Shown here: piece by piece, positions 34,641 through 42,110 of the stretch
How positions within the stretch are numbered: the first letter of the stretch is position 1
How the letters are laid out: the number at the start of each line of letters is the position of its first letter
Program-made: the position numbers and the translations under genes
Source: Solirubrobacterales bacterium
GTDB taxonomy: Bacteria > Actinomycetota > Thermoleophilia > Solirubrobacterales > 70-9
DNA length: 64,000 bases
Assembly (NCBI GenBank): GCA_035688825.1
Contig: DASSMM010000057.1
Span: forward strand, 2,830-66,829
Direction: 5' to 3'
The notes under the pieces: generated by a model
What the model was told of the DNA's origin: nothing
Databases searched by the model: none
Seen by the model: the letters and a program-made list of their open reading frames with translations, nothing else

Positions 34641-34673
34641 CGGGCGGGCCGGTGGGTGGCACCGGCCCGCCCT
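34641..34673 (+). terminator. GC-rich hairpin after the sulfotransferase gene
   Basis: CGGGCGGGCCGGTG-ggtgg-CACCGGCCCGCCC, 6 nt after the stop. Could act bidirectionally for the convergent mini-ORF. Confidence 0.55.
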
Positions 34674-34681
34674 GTCCCTCC

Positions 34682-34760
34682 CTAGTTCGTCTTGCTGGTG
34701 GAAAGTGCCGGGTACACCGGGGTGGTCTTAGTGATGGTCACGCCGCTTCACCTCCTTCCC
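34682..34760 (-). repeat. ~78-bp conserved element, copy 1, containing SD plus an intact 19-codon mini-ORF (34682..34741)
   Basis: Minus strand: GGAAGGAGGTGAAGCGGC GTG ACC ATC ACT AAG ACC ACC CCG GTG TAC CCG GCA CTT TCC ACC AGC AAG ACG AAC TAG = MTITKTTPVYPALSTSKTN. About 64 of 78 positions are identical to 39353..39430 by hand alignment. Confidence 0.6.
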
Positions 34761-34789
34761 TCAGGTCACGGCCGAGACCACCTGGACTA

Positions 34790-34811
34790 TTACTGGACGT
34801 CCGTCCAGTAA
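34790..34811. promoter_or_regulatory. 9-bp inverted repeat between the mini-ORF and the divergent ArsR-like gene (candidate operator)
   Basis: TTACTGGAC-gtcc-GTCCAGTAA read directly from the sequence. Confidence 0.4.
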
Positions 34812-34890
34812 CGGTCGGAATGAGAAATTGCATTAGCCAATTGCTCGGATACTCTGCATTGATGACCGCACCTGAACCGGAGGTTCGACG

Positions 34891-35523
34891 ATGAGCAAAA
34901 GTCGGAGCAAGGGGGCAGCGCCCGCCAAGAGTCACCGCCCGGAGTCAGGGGGGAGCTTCGGCAGGCCGGGGCACGATCAGCTCGTCAAAGGTCTCAGCCA
35001 CCCGGTGCGGATCGAATGCCTGACCATCCTCACCAAGCAGGTCGCCAGCCCAAGGCAGCTCTCGGAAATCCTCGACCACGACCTCAGCAACATCAGCTAC
35101 CACGTCCGGACCCTGGTCGAGCTCGGCTTGGTCGAGCTGGTCGGCGAAGAGCCGGTCCGTGGAGCGGTCGCGCATTTCTACAAAGCGGTGGAACGGCCTC
35201 TGCTGGCCAACGCCGAATGGGTGCAGCTCCCTTCCTCGGTTCGGCAGATGATCTCCGTCTACAGCTGGGACATCCTGCTCAAGGATGCGACCGAATCGAT
35301 CGAGAAGGGCGCCTTCGACAGCCGCTCGGACCGCCACCTGACCCGGACCAGGCTGCTGCTCGACTCCGAGGGCTTCAACCGCCTCAGCAAGCTGATGGAC
35401 GAGCTCCTGGAAGAGGTGCTGTCCGAGCAGGCCGCCGCCGCCGAACGGATGAGCAAGTCAGGTGAGAAGCCGATCCATGCGGTCGCCGCGACGGCGCTTT
35501 TCCCGATGCCGACGCCGGAATAG
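34891..35523 (+). CDS. ArsR-type winged-helix transcriptional regulator with C-terminal extension
   Basis: LSHPVRIECLTILTKQVASPRQLSEILDHDLSNISYHVRTLVELGLVELV is the ArsR HTH pattern. Visibly lower GC3 than the neighbouring genes. Confidence 0.7.
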   Translation: MSKSRSKGAAPAKSHRPESGGSFGRPGHDQLVKGLSHPVRIECLTILTKQVASPRQLSEILDHDLSNISYHVRTLVELGLVELVGEEPVRGAVAHFYKAVERPLLANAEWVQLPSSVRQMISVYSWDILLKDATESIEKGAFDSRSDRHLTRTRLLLDSEGFNRLSKLMDELLEEVLSEQAAAAERMSKSGEKPIHAVAATALFPMPTPE

Positions 35524-35574
35524 AGCTTTCGCCTTCGCGGACTAAAGCCGCACCGACGGGGTAGCCTCGGCTCG

Positions 35575-36255
35575 ATGCGGCGGCTTCTCCCGGATCCCGG
35601 GCCGACCTCTGTCTCCGAGCAGCTGGAGGCCTACCGGCCCTGGGAGGAAGCGCCGGAGGACCGGCCGCTGGTGGGGATGAACTTCGTCGCCACCGTCGAC
35701 GGGCGGGCGACTATCGGGGGGCGTTCCGGGCCGATCGGCTCCGACGCCGACACGGCGATGCTGGTCGGGCTGCGGAAGCGCTTCGAGGCGGTGATGATCG
35801 GCGCGGGGACGATGCGGGTCGAGCGCTACGGGCCGATGGAGCCGCTGCTGGTGCTGGTCAGCGGGCGGCTCGACCTCCCCTGGGACGCTCCGCTCTTCAG
35901 CCAGGAGGGCGCCGAGATCCTCGTCTTCACCGCTGCGGAGACCGAGCCGCCGGAGACGGCGGCGACGGTGGAGGTGGTGCGGCACGAGGGCGCGGTGAAC
36001 CTGCGCGAGGCGCTGAGGCACCTGCGACGGGAGCGCGGCATCCGCGCCCTGCTCTCCGAGGGCGGGCCGCACCTGCACGCGCAGATGCAGGCCGACGGGC
36101 TGGTCGACGACCTCTTCCTGACGATCGCGCCGAAGCTGAGCGGCGGCGAGGGGCCGCGGATCCTCGAGGGACCGCTCCCCGACGTGGTCGGCCTCGAGCT
36201 CGCCTGGCTGCTGGAGGAGGACGGCGAGCTCTTCGCCCGCTACCGGCGGAGCTGA
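35575..36255 (+). CDS. RibD C-terminal domain (dihydrofolate-reductase-like) protein
   Basis: VATVDGRATIGGRSGPIGSDAD...VMIGAGTMRVE...LSEGGPHLHAQMQADGLVDDLFLTIAPKLSG. Confidence 0.8.
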   Translation: MRRLLPDPGPTSVSEQLEAYRPWEEAPEDRPLVGMNFVATVDGRATIGGRSGPIGSDADTAMLVGLRKRFEAVMIGAGTMRVERYGPMEPLLVLVSGRLDLPWDAPLFSQEGAEILVFTAAETEPPETAATVEVVRHEGAVNLREALRHLRRERGIRALLSEGGPHLHAQMQADGLVDDLFLTIAPKLSGGEGPRILEGPLPDVVGLELAWLLEEDGELFARYRRS

Positions 36256-36272
36256 GCCCGGCGAGCCGATAG

Positions 36273-36305
36273 CGTTCCCTCTCCCAGAGGACGAGGAGAG
36301 GAACG
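36273..36305 (+). promoter_or_regulatory. hairpin that pairs with the acyl-CoA dehydrogenase ribosome-binding site
   Basis: CGTTCCCTCTCC-cagaggacga-GGAGAGGAACG ends 1 nt before ATG 36307. It could instead be the terminator of the upstream gene. Confidence 0.4.
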
Positions 36306-36306
36306 A

Positions 36307-37569
36307 ATGGACTTCAACCCCAGCCCCGAGGTCGCCGAGCTGCGCGAGCGCGTGCTCGACTTCATGGACGCGGAGATCTACCCGCAGGAGCGGGAGATCA
36401 TGGAAGCGCTCGACGAGGAGGTCGGCGCCGGCGTCCCCTACCCGCAGAACCTGACCGCGGTCCGCGAGAAGGCGAAGGCCGACGGCCTCTGGAACCTGTT
36501 CATGCCCGACGAGCGCTTCGGGCCGGGGCTGACGAACTGGGAGTACGGGCTGCTCTGCGAGGAGATGGGTCGCAGCCCGATGGCGGCGCCGATGGCCTTC
36601 AACTGCTCGGCGCCGGACACCGGCAACATGGAGATCCTCGCCGAGCACGGGACCGCCGAACAGCGCGAGCGCTGGCTCGAGCCGCTGCTCGAGGGCCGGA
36701 TCCGCTCGTGCTTCTCGATGACCGAGCCCGAGGTCTCCGGCTCGGACCCGACGCTGCTGCAGGCGAAGGCGACCCTCGACGGCGACGAGTGGGTCGTCGA
36801 GGGGCACAAGTGGTTCACCTCCGGCGCCGTCGGCGCCGACCTGGCGATCGCGATGGTCGTCACCGACCCCGACGCCCACCCCTACGGCCGCGCCTCGATG
36901 ATCTGCGTCCCCACCGACACCCCCGGCTTCAACCTGGTGCGGCCGATCTCGGTGATGGGCCACGACGGCGGTCCCGGCCACTGCGAGATCCGCTACGAAG
37001 AATGCCGGGTGCCGAAGGGGTTCCTGCTCGGCGAGCGCGGCGCCGGCTTCGCGATCGCCCAGGACCGGCTCGGCCCGGGGCGCATCCACCACTGCATGCG
37101 GGCGATCGGGACCGCCGAGCGGGCCCACGAGATGATGTGCCGTCGCGCCAACGAACGCAGCGCCTTCGGCGGCCCGCTGGGCGAGAAGCAGTTCGTCCAG
37201 GAGTCGATCGCCGCCAGCCGGATGGAGATCGACCAGGCCCGCCTACTCACCCTCTACGCCGCCTGGAAGATGGACACCGAGGGCAAGCGCGCCGCCCGCC
37301 AGGCGATCTCGGCGATCAAGATCGTCGCCGCCAACATGGTGATGGACGTTCTCGACCGCGCGATCCAGGTCCACGGCTCCCTCGGCATGACCGACGACAC
37401 CCCCCTGGCGATCATGTGGCGCTTCTCCCGCATGCTCCGCCTCGCCGACGGCCCCGACGAGGTCCACAAAATGGTCCTCGCCCGCCGCGAGCTCAACCGC
37501 TGGTCCAAGCGCGCCGAGGCCGAAGCCGAAGGCAACCTGGAGCCGCGGCACGCGGCGCGGATGGTCTAG
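36307..37569 (+). CDS. acyl-CoA dehydrogenase
   Basis: 420 aa. CFSMTEPEVSGSDPT, KWFTSGA, IHHCMRAIG, QVHGSLGMTDDTPL. Belongs to the ACAD family clade that is usually paired with an APH kinase. Confidence 0.95.
   Translation: MDFNPSPEVAELRERVLDFMDAEIYPQEREIMEALDEEVGAGVPYPQNLTAVREKAKADGLWNLFMPDERFGPGLTNWEYGLLCEEMGRSPMAAPMAFNCSAPDTGNMEILAEHGTAEQRERWLEPLLEGRIRSCFSMTEPEVSGSDPTLLQAKATLDGDEWVVEGHKWFTSGAVGADLAIAMVVTDPDAHPYGRASMICVPTDTPGFNLVRPISVMGHDGGPGHCEIRYEECRVPKGFLLGERGAGFAIAQDRLGPGRIHHCMRAIGTAERAHEMMCRRANERSAFGGPLGEKQFVQESIAASRMEIDQARLLTLYAAWKMDTEGKRAARQAISAIKIVAANMVMDVLDRAIQVHGSLGMTDDTPLAIMWRFSRMLRLADGPDEVHKMVLARRELNRWSKRAEAEAEGNLEPRHAARMV
37472..37569 (+). repeat. 98-nt direct repeat, copy 1 (functional 3' end of the acyl-CoA dehydrogenase gene)
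   Basis: Identical to 39436..39533 except one internal mismatch and the stop codon (TAG vs TGA), i.e. 95 of 98 by hand. Confidence 0.95.
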
Positions 37570-37742
37570 CCGACCGTCACACGGGATACTGGCTGACTGA
37601 CTCGCTCGGCGGGACGACGTCGCCGAACCATCGAAGTGCTCCGGTCGGCCGCCAACCGGCACGACTACAGCTGACCCATTGCCCTCGTCCGCCGCCAGGG
37701 GTAGCGTCGGCATAGTTAAGATTTTCTCAGTGAAGGGATGAA

Positions 37743-39272
37743 ATGCGTTCCCGACGGATTTTGGCCATAGTCGCAGTGTCCCTCTTTTCGGTCTGCATGG
37801 TGCCCACTGCCAGCGCAGCAGTTACCTACCTTCGACCCAACGTCGATCAGCCGTCCCTGAAAGAACCCTGGCTCGTGGTAGGGGCGCCTACGGCCTGGGC
37901 ATCCCTTGACGACAACCTCACGGAGTCCGAAGCGCCAGCCGCCAGTGAGTACATCTCCGCACCCCATGACGGGATGGATCGGATTGTGGGCTTGGAAACG
38001 ATGGCAATCGCAGGCGCCTCAGCCATCACTATGCAGGCGTGGTTCTACTCGGAAACTGCGAACAGCGTCATCCTGGAAGTTCTCAGGACTCCGACCTCCG
38101 GAACGGTGGCGAGCGGAACCTTTGCCACTGCTGGTTGGCATTCACTGCCATTGCCGGCAATAACTCAGTCGGAACTAGACAATTTGGTTCTTCGATTTCG
38201 GACCACGACCGGCCATTCGCACATCGTTCAGGCATCGTTCGTCAAGGTCAGCTACACCCCCTCCCCGGCCAAGGTTTACTGGGGAGCCGATATGGACGGG
38301 GAAGTCGCAAATCTGGAACGAGATTCTTTGGGAAATCCCCTCCCCGTCCGCCTCGACGCGCCTTGGACGCAAGAAACCTGGGATCTGTTCGAGCAGCATG
38401 CCGGCAAGCCCGTCTCGATTGTTCACTTCGGCCAGCCGGCACCTTGGAACCAAAGCTTTGCTGCCAGCCCGCTTGAACTGACGAGCGCCCGCGGCGCCAT
38501 TCCGATGATCTCAATGGGAAGCATCGGCGCCACCTTGTCCGAACTGGAAGAAGGAGGCGTTAAAGAAAGCGCGCTTGCTAAATGGGCGCAGGAAGTGGCC
38601 AAATATCAAAAGCCCTTCTTCCTCCGCTGGGACTGGGAGATGAACCTGCCGAGTTCTACTTCCCTCTTGTGGGTCAATGAAGCCCACAGCAATCCCGCCG
38701 CATTCGTCCGTGCTTGGCGGAACTTTCACCGGATCGCCGAGCGCGAAGGGGCGTCCAACATCACTTGGGTCTGGTGCCCCAACGTCAGCTTCCTCGGTTC
38801 GACCTCGCTCAAATCCCTCTACCCCGGAAACTCCTATGTCGACTGGACCTGCATGGATGGCTACAACTTCGGGACCATGCCTGGAGGAAGCGGCTGGAAG
38901 AGCTTCAGTAACGTGTTCTCCTCAACCTATGCCGAACTGACGTCGTCTGACTTTGATGGCCGTGCAAAGCCGATCATGGTCGGGGAGACGGCATCCACCG
39001 AGCAAGGTGGCTCAAAGCCTGACTGGATTGCCCAAGCGCTGGGAACCTCCATGCCGGATAGCTTCCCGAAGATCAAAGCACTGGTCTGGTTCAACTGGAA
39101 TATCACTGAGAACGGCTTTGAACACGACTGGCCGATCGAGTCTCCGGTCACGACTCCCTCGGGGCCTTCACCGTCCGCCGCAGCCTTTGCCAATGCGATC
39201 TCTTCGCCCTATTACGCCGGAAACACCTTCGGCAGTTTGGCGCCACTGACCCGGATCCAGCCACTGCCCTAG
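37743..39272 (+). CDS. secreted glycoside hydrolase, GH26-like (beta-mannanase-type) catalytic domain with unknown N-terminal domain
   Basis: Signal peptide MRSRRILAIVAVSLFSVCMVPTASA. FFLRWDWEMN (acid/base Glu context), YPGNSYVDWTCMDGYN, PIMVGETAS (nucleophile Glu context). RBS gaaggga. Confidence 0.7.
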   Translation: MRSRRILAIVAVSLFSVCMVPTASAAVTYLRPNVDQPSLKEPWLVVGAPTAWASLDDNLTESEAPAASEYISAPHDGMDRIVGLETMAIAGASAITMQAWFYSETANSVILEVLRTPTSGTVASGTFATAGWHSLPLPAITQSELDNLVLRFRTTTGHSHIVQASFVKVSYTPSPAKVYWGADMDGEVANLERDSLGNPLPVRLDAPWTQETWDLFEQHAGKPVSIVHFGQPAPWNQSFAASPLELTSARGAIPMISMGSIGATLSELEEGGVKESALAKWAQEVAKYQKPFFLRWDWEMNLPSSTSLLWVNEAHSNPAAFVRAWRNFHRIAEREGASNITWVWCPNVSFLGSTSLKSLYPGNSYVDWTCMDGYNFGTMPGGSGWKSFSNVFSSTYAELTSSDFDGRAKPIMVGETASTEQGGSKPDWIAQALGTSMPDSFPKIKALVWFNWNITENGFEHDWPIESPVTTPSGPSPSAAAFANAISSPYYAGNTFGSLAPLTRIQPLP

Positions 39273-39352
39273 GTACCGCGCCTGCAGATCTTCCGCCTTG
39301 GGTCCGCAGCGACCGGGGCGACCGTGACTGGCGGCAAGCCCCTCTCCTACTA

Positions 39353-39430
39353 CTAGTTAGTCCTGCTGGCGAAAAGTGCCGGGTATACCGGATGGTCTTA
39401 CTGATGGCCATACCGCTTTACCTCATGTGG
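39353..39430 (-). repeat. ~78-bp conserved element, copy 2 (mini-ORF disrupted by a 1-nt deletion)
   Basis: Minus strand: TGAGGTAAAGCGGT ATG GCC ATC AGT AAG ACC AT-C CGG... Restoring one nucleotide gives MAISKT.PVYPALFASRTN*. As it stands it reads through as track ORF 39148..39411. Confidence 0.6.
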
Positions 39431-39435
39431 CGCAG

Positions 39436-39533
39436 TGGTCCTCGCCCGCCGCGAGCTCAACCGCTGGTCCAAGCGCGCCGAGGCCGAAGCCGAAGGCAAC
39501 CTGGAGCCCCGGCACGCGGCGCGGATGGTCTGA
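39436..39533 (+). pseudogene. displaced 3' remnant of the acyl-CoA dehydrogenase gene (direct repeat copy 2)
   Basis: Encodes ...VLARRELNRWSKRAEAEAEGNLEPRHAARMV*, identical in protein sequence to the last 32 codons of 36307..37569. It has no upstream gene body. Confidence 0.85.
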
Positions 39534-39610
39534 AGAAAAAAGGGTCGGCGAGAGCTGGCCCTTGATGTTTCTGCAGATCCTTGGCTAAAGGATCGTGGCG
39601 TTCAGCCAGT

Positions 39611-39635
39611 ACCAACAGGGTGTTGGTGTCTTTTT
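39611..39635 (+). terminator. rho-independent terminator downstream of the ACAD remnant
   Basis: ACCAACA-ggg-TGTTGGT followed by gtcTTTTT. A second hairpin, GATCCTT-ggcta-AAGGATC, lies at 39576..39594. Confidence 0.6.
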
Positions 39636-39684
39636 CGGGAGCGAGGCCCAGGAAGGCGCCATGAACTTGGGTGGATCTAGCCTG

Positions 39685-40128
39685 TCAGCGACCCGGGTCG
39701 CTGCGAGCGCCTTGAGTTTCGGCGGCTCCTGCTGCCCGCTCCGGATCGCTGGGCGGAACGTTTGGGGCCGTCGTCGAATCGGCCGAGCTAGAGCGCTGCG
39801 GATCGGTTGGCTCCGTCGCTGGCTGCTGTGAGTCGTTCGAAGGCTCCTTCGCCTTCTTCGGGCTGGACTGCGCCTTCTGCCGGTCGTCGCCTGAGGCGTG
39901 TTCGCTCGTCTCTTTTTGCTGGCCCGACTGCTGCTTCCTCCTCGTTGCCGGACGAGCTTGACTGGCGGTCGCTTCGGCTTTGGCCTTTTCAGCCGCTGAA
40001 GCCTTCGTCCTGCCGGTGTCCGGTCTCGTGGTGTCGGTACCGCCCGAGCTGCCGCATCCGACCATGACCACCACGACACACGCGACAAGCAAGATCGGCT
40101 TGTGGCGCAACGGGGTCAGCTTGAACAT
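39685..40128 (-). CDS. low-complexity lipoprotein
   Basis: ATG 40128 gives MFKLTPLRHKPILLVACVVVVMVGCGSS (lipobox), followed by an Ala/Lys/Glu/Ser/Pro-rich tail. The rest of track ORF 39685..40569 overlaps the upstream gene. Confidence 0.55.
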   Translation of the reverse strand: MFKLTPLRHKPILLVACVVVVMVGCGSSGGTDTTRPDTGRTKASAAEKAKAEATASQARPATRRKQQSGQQKETSEHASGDDRQKAQSSPKKAKEPSNDSQQPATEPTDPQRSSSADSTTAPNVPPSDPERAAGAAETQGARSDPGR

Positions 40129-40195
40129 CGATCTAATCTGGAAAGAAGAGGAGGGCCGGAGTCCGGCCCTCCTCTTACAAATTGCCCGTCCCGAC

Positions 40196-40930
40196 TTACC
40201 AGAGGACGAGGAAGAACTCTTCTTCCGTCGCTTCGTCGAGACCGCTGTCCCACATTTCAACTTCGACATCGGTCCCAGGCGGGCACTCTTCGAAACTTTC
40301 TTCCGCTCCGGCGATGAGGACGCTCGGGAAGTCGTTGCCTTCCCCGTCAGCCTCACCAGTGGCCTGCGCGTGCAGGACCGGGAACGGCGTGTCGAAGCAG
40401 TAGGACCCGCCTTCGACCGTGGCGTTGGTGATGCCGCCTTGGGTGAAGTCCGTATCCACGGTGCCGTCGAATTCAACCAGCGCGAACGCCTTCGGCAGCA
40501 GCACGCCTTCGGCGAGGTTGCTCCGACTAACGCCTCCGGCAGCGATCTTGTCGCTGGTGACCGCTCCATTGGCCAACTTCTCGTTAGTGACCGAACCGTT
40601 GGCCAGCTTGCCGGAGTTCACCGAGCTGGATCCGAGCTTCTCGTTCGTCACCGCCCCGTTCGCCAGCTTGTCGGTGGTGACCGAGCCGGCACCGATCGTC
40701 ACAGCTCCTGGGGCGAGCTTTTCGGCCGTCACGGCTCCGTTCTTGAGCTTCGGCGTGGTGACGGCGTTGTTCTTGATTTTGGCGGCGGTTACCGCGTTCT
40801 TCTTCAGCTGCTTGCTGCCGACGGTGTTCTTACCGAGGGCGGCAAAGGCGGTCGCACCACCAATCACCAAGAAGACTGCGATCGAGGACATCACGTTGGC
40901 GTACGTGAGCCGCTTACTTATCTGCTTCAC
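40196..40930 (-). CDS. membrane-anchored protein with about ten 11-residue NGAVTxxKLxx repeats
   Basis: GTG 40930 preceded by AAGGAGCC. N-terminal TM segment SSIAVFLVIGGATAFAAL, then the repeats, then a C-terminal acidic domain. Confidence 0.65.
   Translation of the reverse strand: MKQISKRLTYANVMSSIAVFLVIGGATAFAALGKNTVGSKQLKKNAVTAAKIKNNAVTTPKLKNGAVTAEKLAPGAVTIGAGSVTTDKLANGAVTNEKLGSSSVNSGKLANGSVTNEKLANGAVTSDKIAAGGVSRSNLAEGVLLPKAFALVEFDGTVDTDFTQGGITNATVEGGSYCFDTPFPVLHAQATGEADGEGNDFPSVLIAGAEESFEECPPGTDVEVEMWDSGLDEATEEEFFLVLW
40495..40831 (-). repeat. 33-nt periodic coding repeat array
   Basis: Successive units of the form GTGACC/GTCACC...GCCAGCTTG encode KNAVTAAKIKN / NAVTTPKLKNG / AVTAEKLAPG / SVTTDKLANG / AVTNEKLGSS / SVNSGKLANG / SVTNEKLANG / AVTSDKIAAG. 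Confidence 0.8.
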
Positions 40931-41072
40931 GGATGAGGCTCCTTACGAGTTGAGGACGAAGCACAAGGAAACGCGAATACCGACATTCCCTCTAGTTAGG
41001 TCAGGTTTACCGACCCTTTCAGGCGCGCCGGACGAAGTCAACCGCAAAAGACGAGCAAACTAGCTAGGAGCT

Positions 41073-42110
41073 TCAGCTGCCCTCGCGCTCGACCCGCTCG
41101 GCCTCCTCGGCGAGGCGCTCGACCAGGCGGGCGAAGGCCTCTACGCCCTCGCCTGCCTTGCCGTAGCCGCCGGCGGTGTAGCGGGCGTAGACGCCCTCGA
41201 GGATGATCGCCAGCTTCCAGTAGCCGAGGGCGACGTAGAAGCCGAGGTCGGAAAGGTCGCGGCCGCTGCGCTCGGCGTAGCGGGCGGCAAGCTCGGCCTG
41301 GGTCGGGAATCCGGGGGCGAGGTTGGCGGGCATGCCGAGGGCGACCACGTCATCGCCGCGCTCGGGCCAGTAGGCCATCAGCAGGCCGACGTCGGCAAGG
41401 GGGTCGCCGAGGGTGCAGAGCTCCCAGTCGACCACGGCGGCAACCTCGCCGGAGTCGGTGAGGATCATGTTGTCGAGGCGGTAGTCGCCGTGGACGATCG
41501 TCGCCGGGCCCTGCTCGGGGATCCGCGCCGAGAGCGCCTCGTGGACGCGGTCGATCGGCTCCAGCTCGCGCGTCTTCGACTTCTCCCACTGCCCCTGCCA
41601 GCGGCGCAGCTGGCGGGCGACGTAGTCCTCCTTGCGGCCGAGGTCGTCGAGGCCGACGGCATCGGGGTCGACGGCGTGGATCTGGACCAGGGTGTCGGCG
41701 ACGCGCTCGCCGATCGCCCGCCGGTCACCCTCGTCGGGGAAGATCTCCGCCTCGGCGAGGCCCCGCAGGACCGGCCCCTCGACGAACTCCATCACGTAGA
41801 AGGGGGCGTCGTTGACGCTCTCGTCCTCGCAGAGGCCGACCACCGGCGCCACCGGCACCTCGGTGCCTCCGAGCGCGGAGACGACCTTGTGCTCGCGGGC
41901 CATGTCGTGCGCCGAGCCGAGCCGCTTGCCGAGCGGCGGCCGCCGCAGCGCCCACTTCTGCCCCGCCGCGTCGGTCACCCGATAGGTCAGGTTCGAGTGG
42001 CCACCGGCGATCCGCTCGAACTGCAGGGGAAAGTCGACTCCCGGCACGTTTTCGCCGAACCAGGCTTCGAGCGGCTTCTGGTCGATCCCGTCGGTAGCCT
42101 CGTCAGCCAT
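41073..42110 (-). CDS. phosphotransferase (APH/choline-kinase fold) family protein, ACAD-associated type
   Basis: ATG 42110 (MADEATDGIDQKPLEAWF). GGHSNLTYRV, HGDYRLDNMI, DWELCTLGDP. Confidence 0.9.
   Translation of the reverse strand: MADEATDGIDQKPLEAWFGENVPGVDFPLQFERIAGGHSNLTYRVTDAAGQKWALRRPPLGKRLGSAHDMAREHKVVSALGGTEVPVAPVVGLCEDESVNDAPFYVMEFVEGPVLRGLAEAEIFPDEGDRRAIGERVADTLVQIHAVDPDAVGLDDLGRKEDYVARQLRRWQGQWEKSKTRELEPIDRVHEALSARIPEQGPATIVHGDYRLDNMILTDSGEVAAVVDWELCTLGDPLADVGLLMAYWPERGDDVVALGMPANLAPGFPTQAELAARYAERSGRDLSDLGFYVALGYWKLAIILEGVYARYTAGGYGKAGEGVEAFARLVERLAEEAERVEREGS

Larger units (their letters stand above)
37570..39435 (+). mobile_element. lower-GC insert bounded by the 98-nt direct repeats (island remnant, no recombinase)
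   Basis: The GC drop is visible by eye. The segment is bounded by a duplicated gene 3' end, as at attL/attR of elements that integrate into gene 3' ends. Cargo is the GH26-like gene plus copy 2 of the mini-ORF element. Confidence 0.45.

Noticed and set aside
39148-39411. 87-aa minus-strand ORF overlapping the 3' end of the GH26-like gene.
   Set aside because: It exists only because the 1-nt deletion in copy 2 of the mini-ORF element removes the normal stop. Downstream it runs antisense through the glycosidase gene with Arg/Ser-rich sequence.
39376-39588. 70-aa + strand ORF spanning the ACAD remnant.
   Set aside because: It is in a different frame from the ACAD-derived codons, has Pro/Ser/Ala/Trp-rich composition and no RBS. 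The segment is better explained as a displaced gene 3' fragment.
40495-40831. Regularly spaced 33-nt repeats that could be mistaken for a CRISPR-like array.
   Set aside because: The units are contiguous with no spacers, are in frame and encode an 11-residue protein repeat. No cas genes and no direct-repeat/spacer architecture occur anywhere in the window.
37570-41072. Search for an integrase, transposase or relaxase that would explain the lower-GC inserts.
   Set aside because: None of the six-frame translations in or near the inserts shows tyrosine/serine recombinase, DDE or HUH motifs. The region is therefore called an island remnant only, at moderate confidence.
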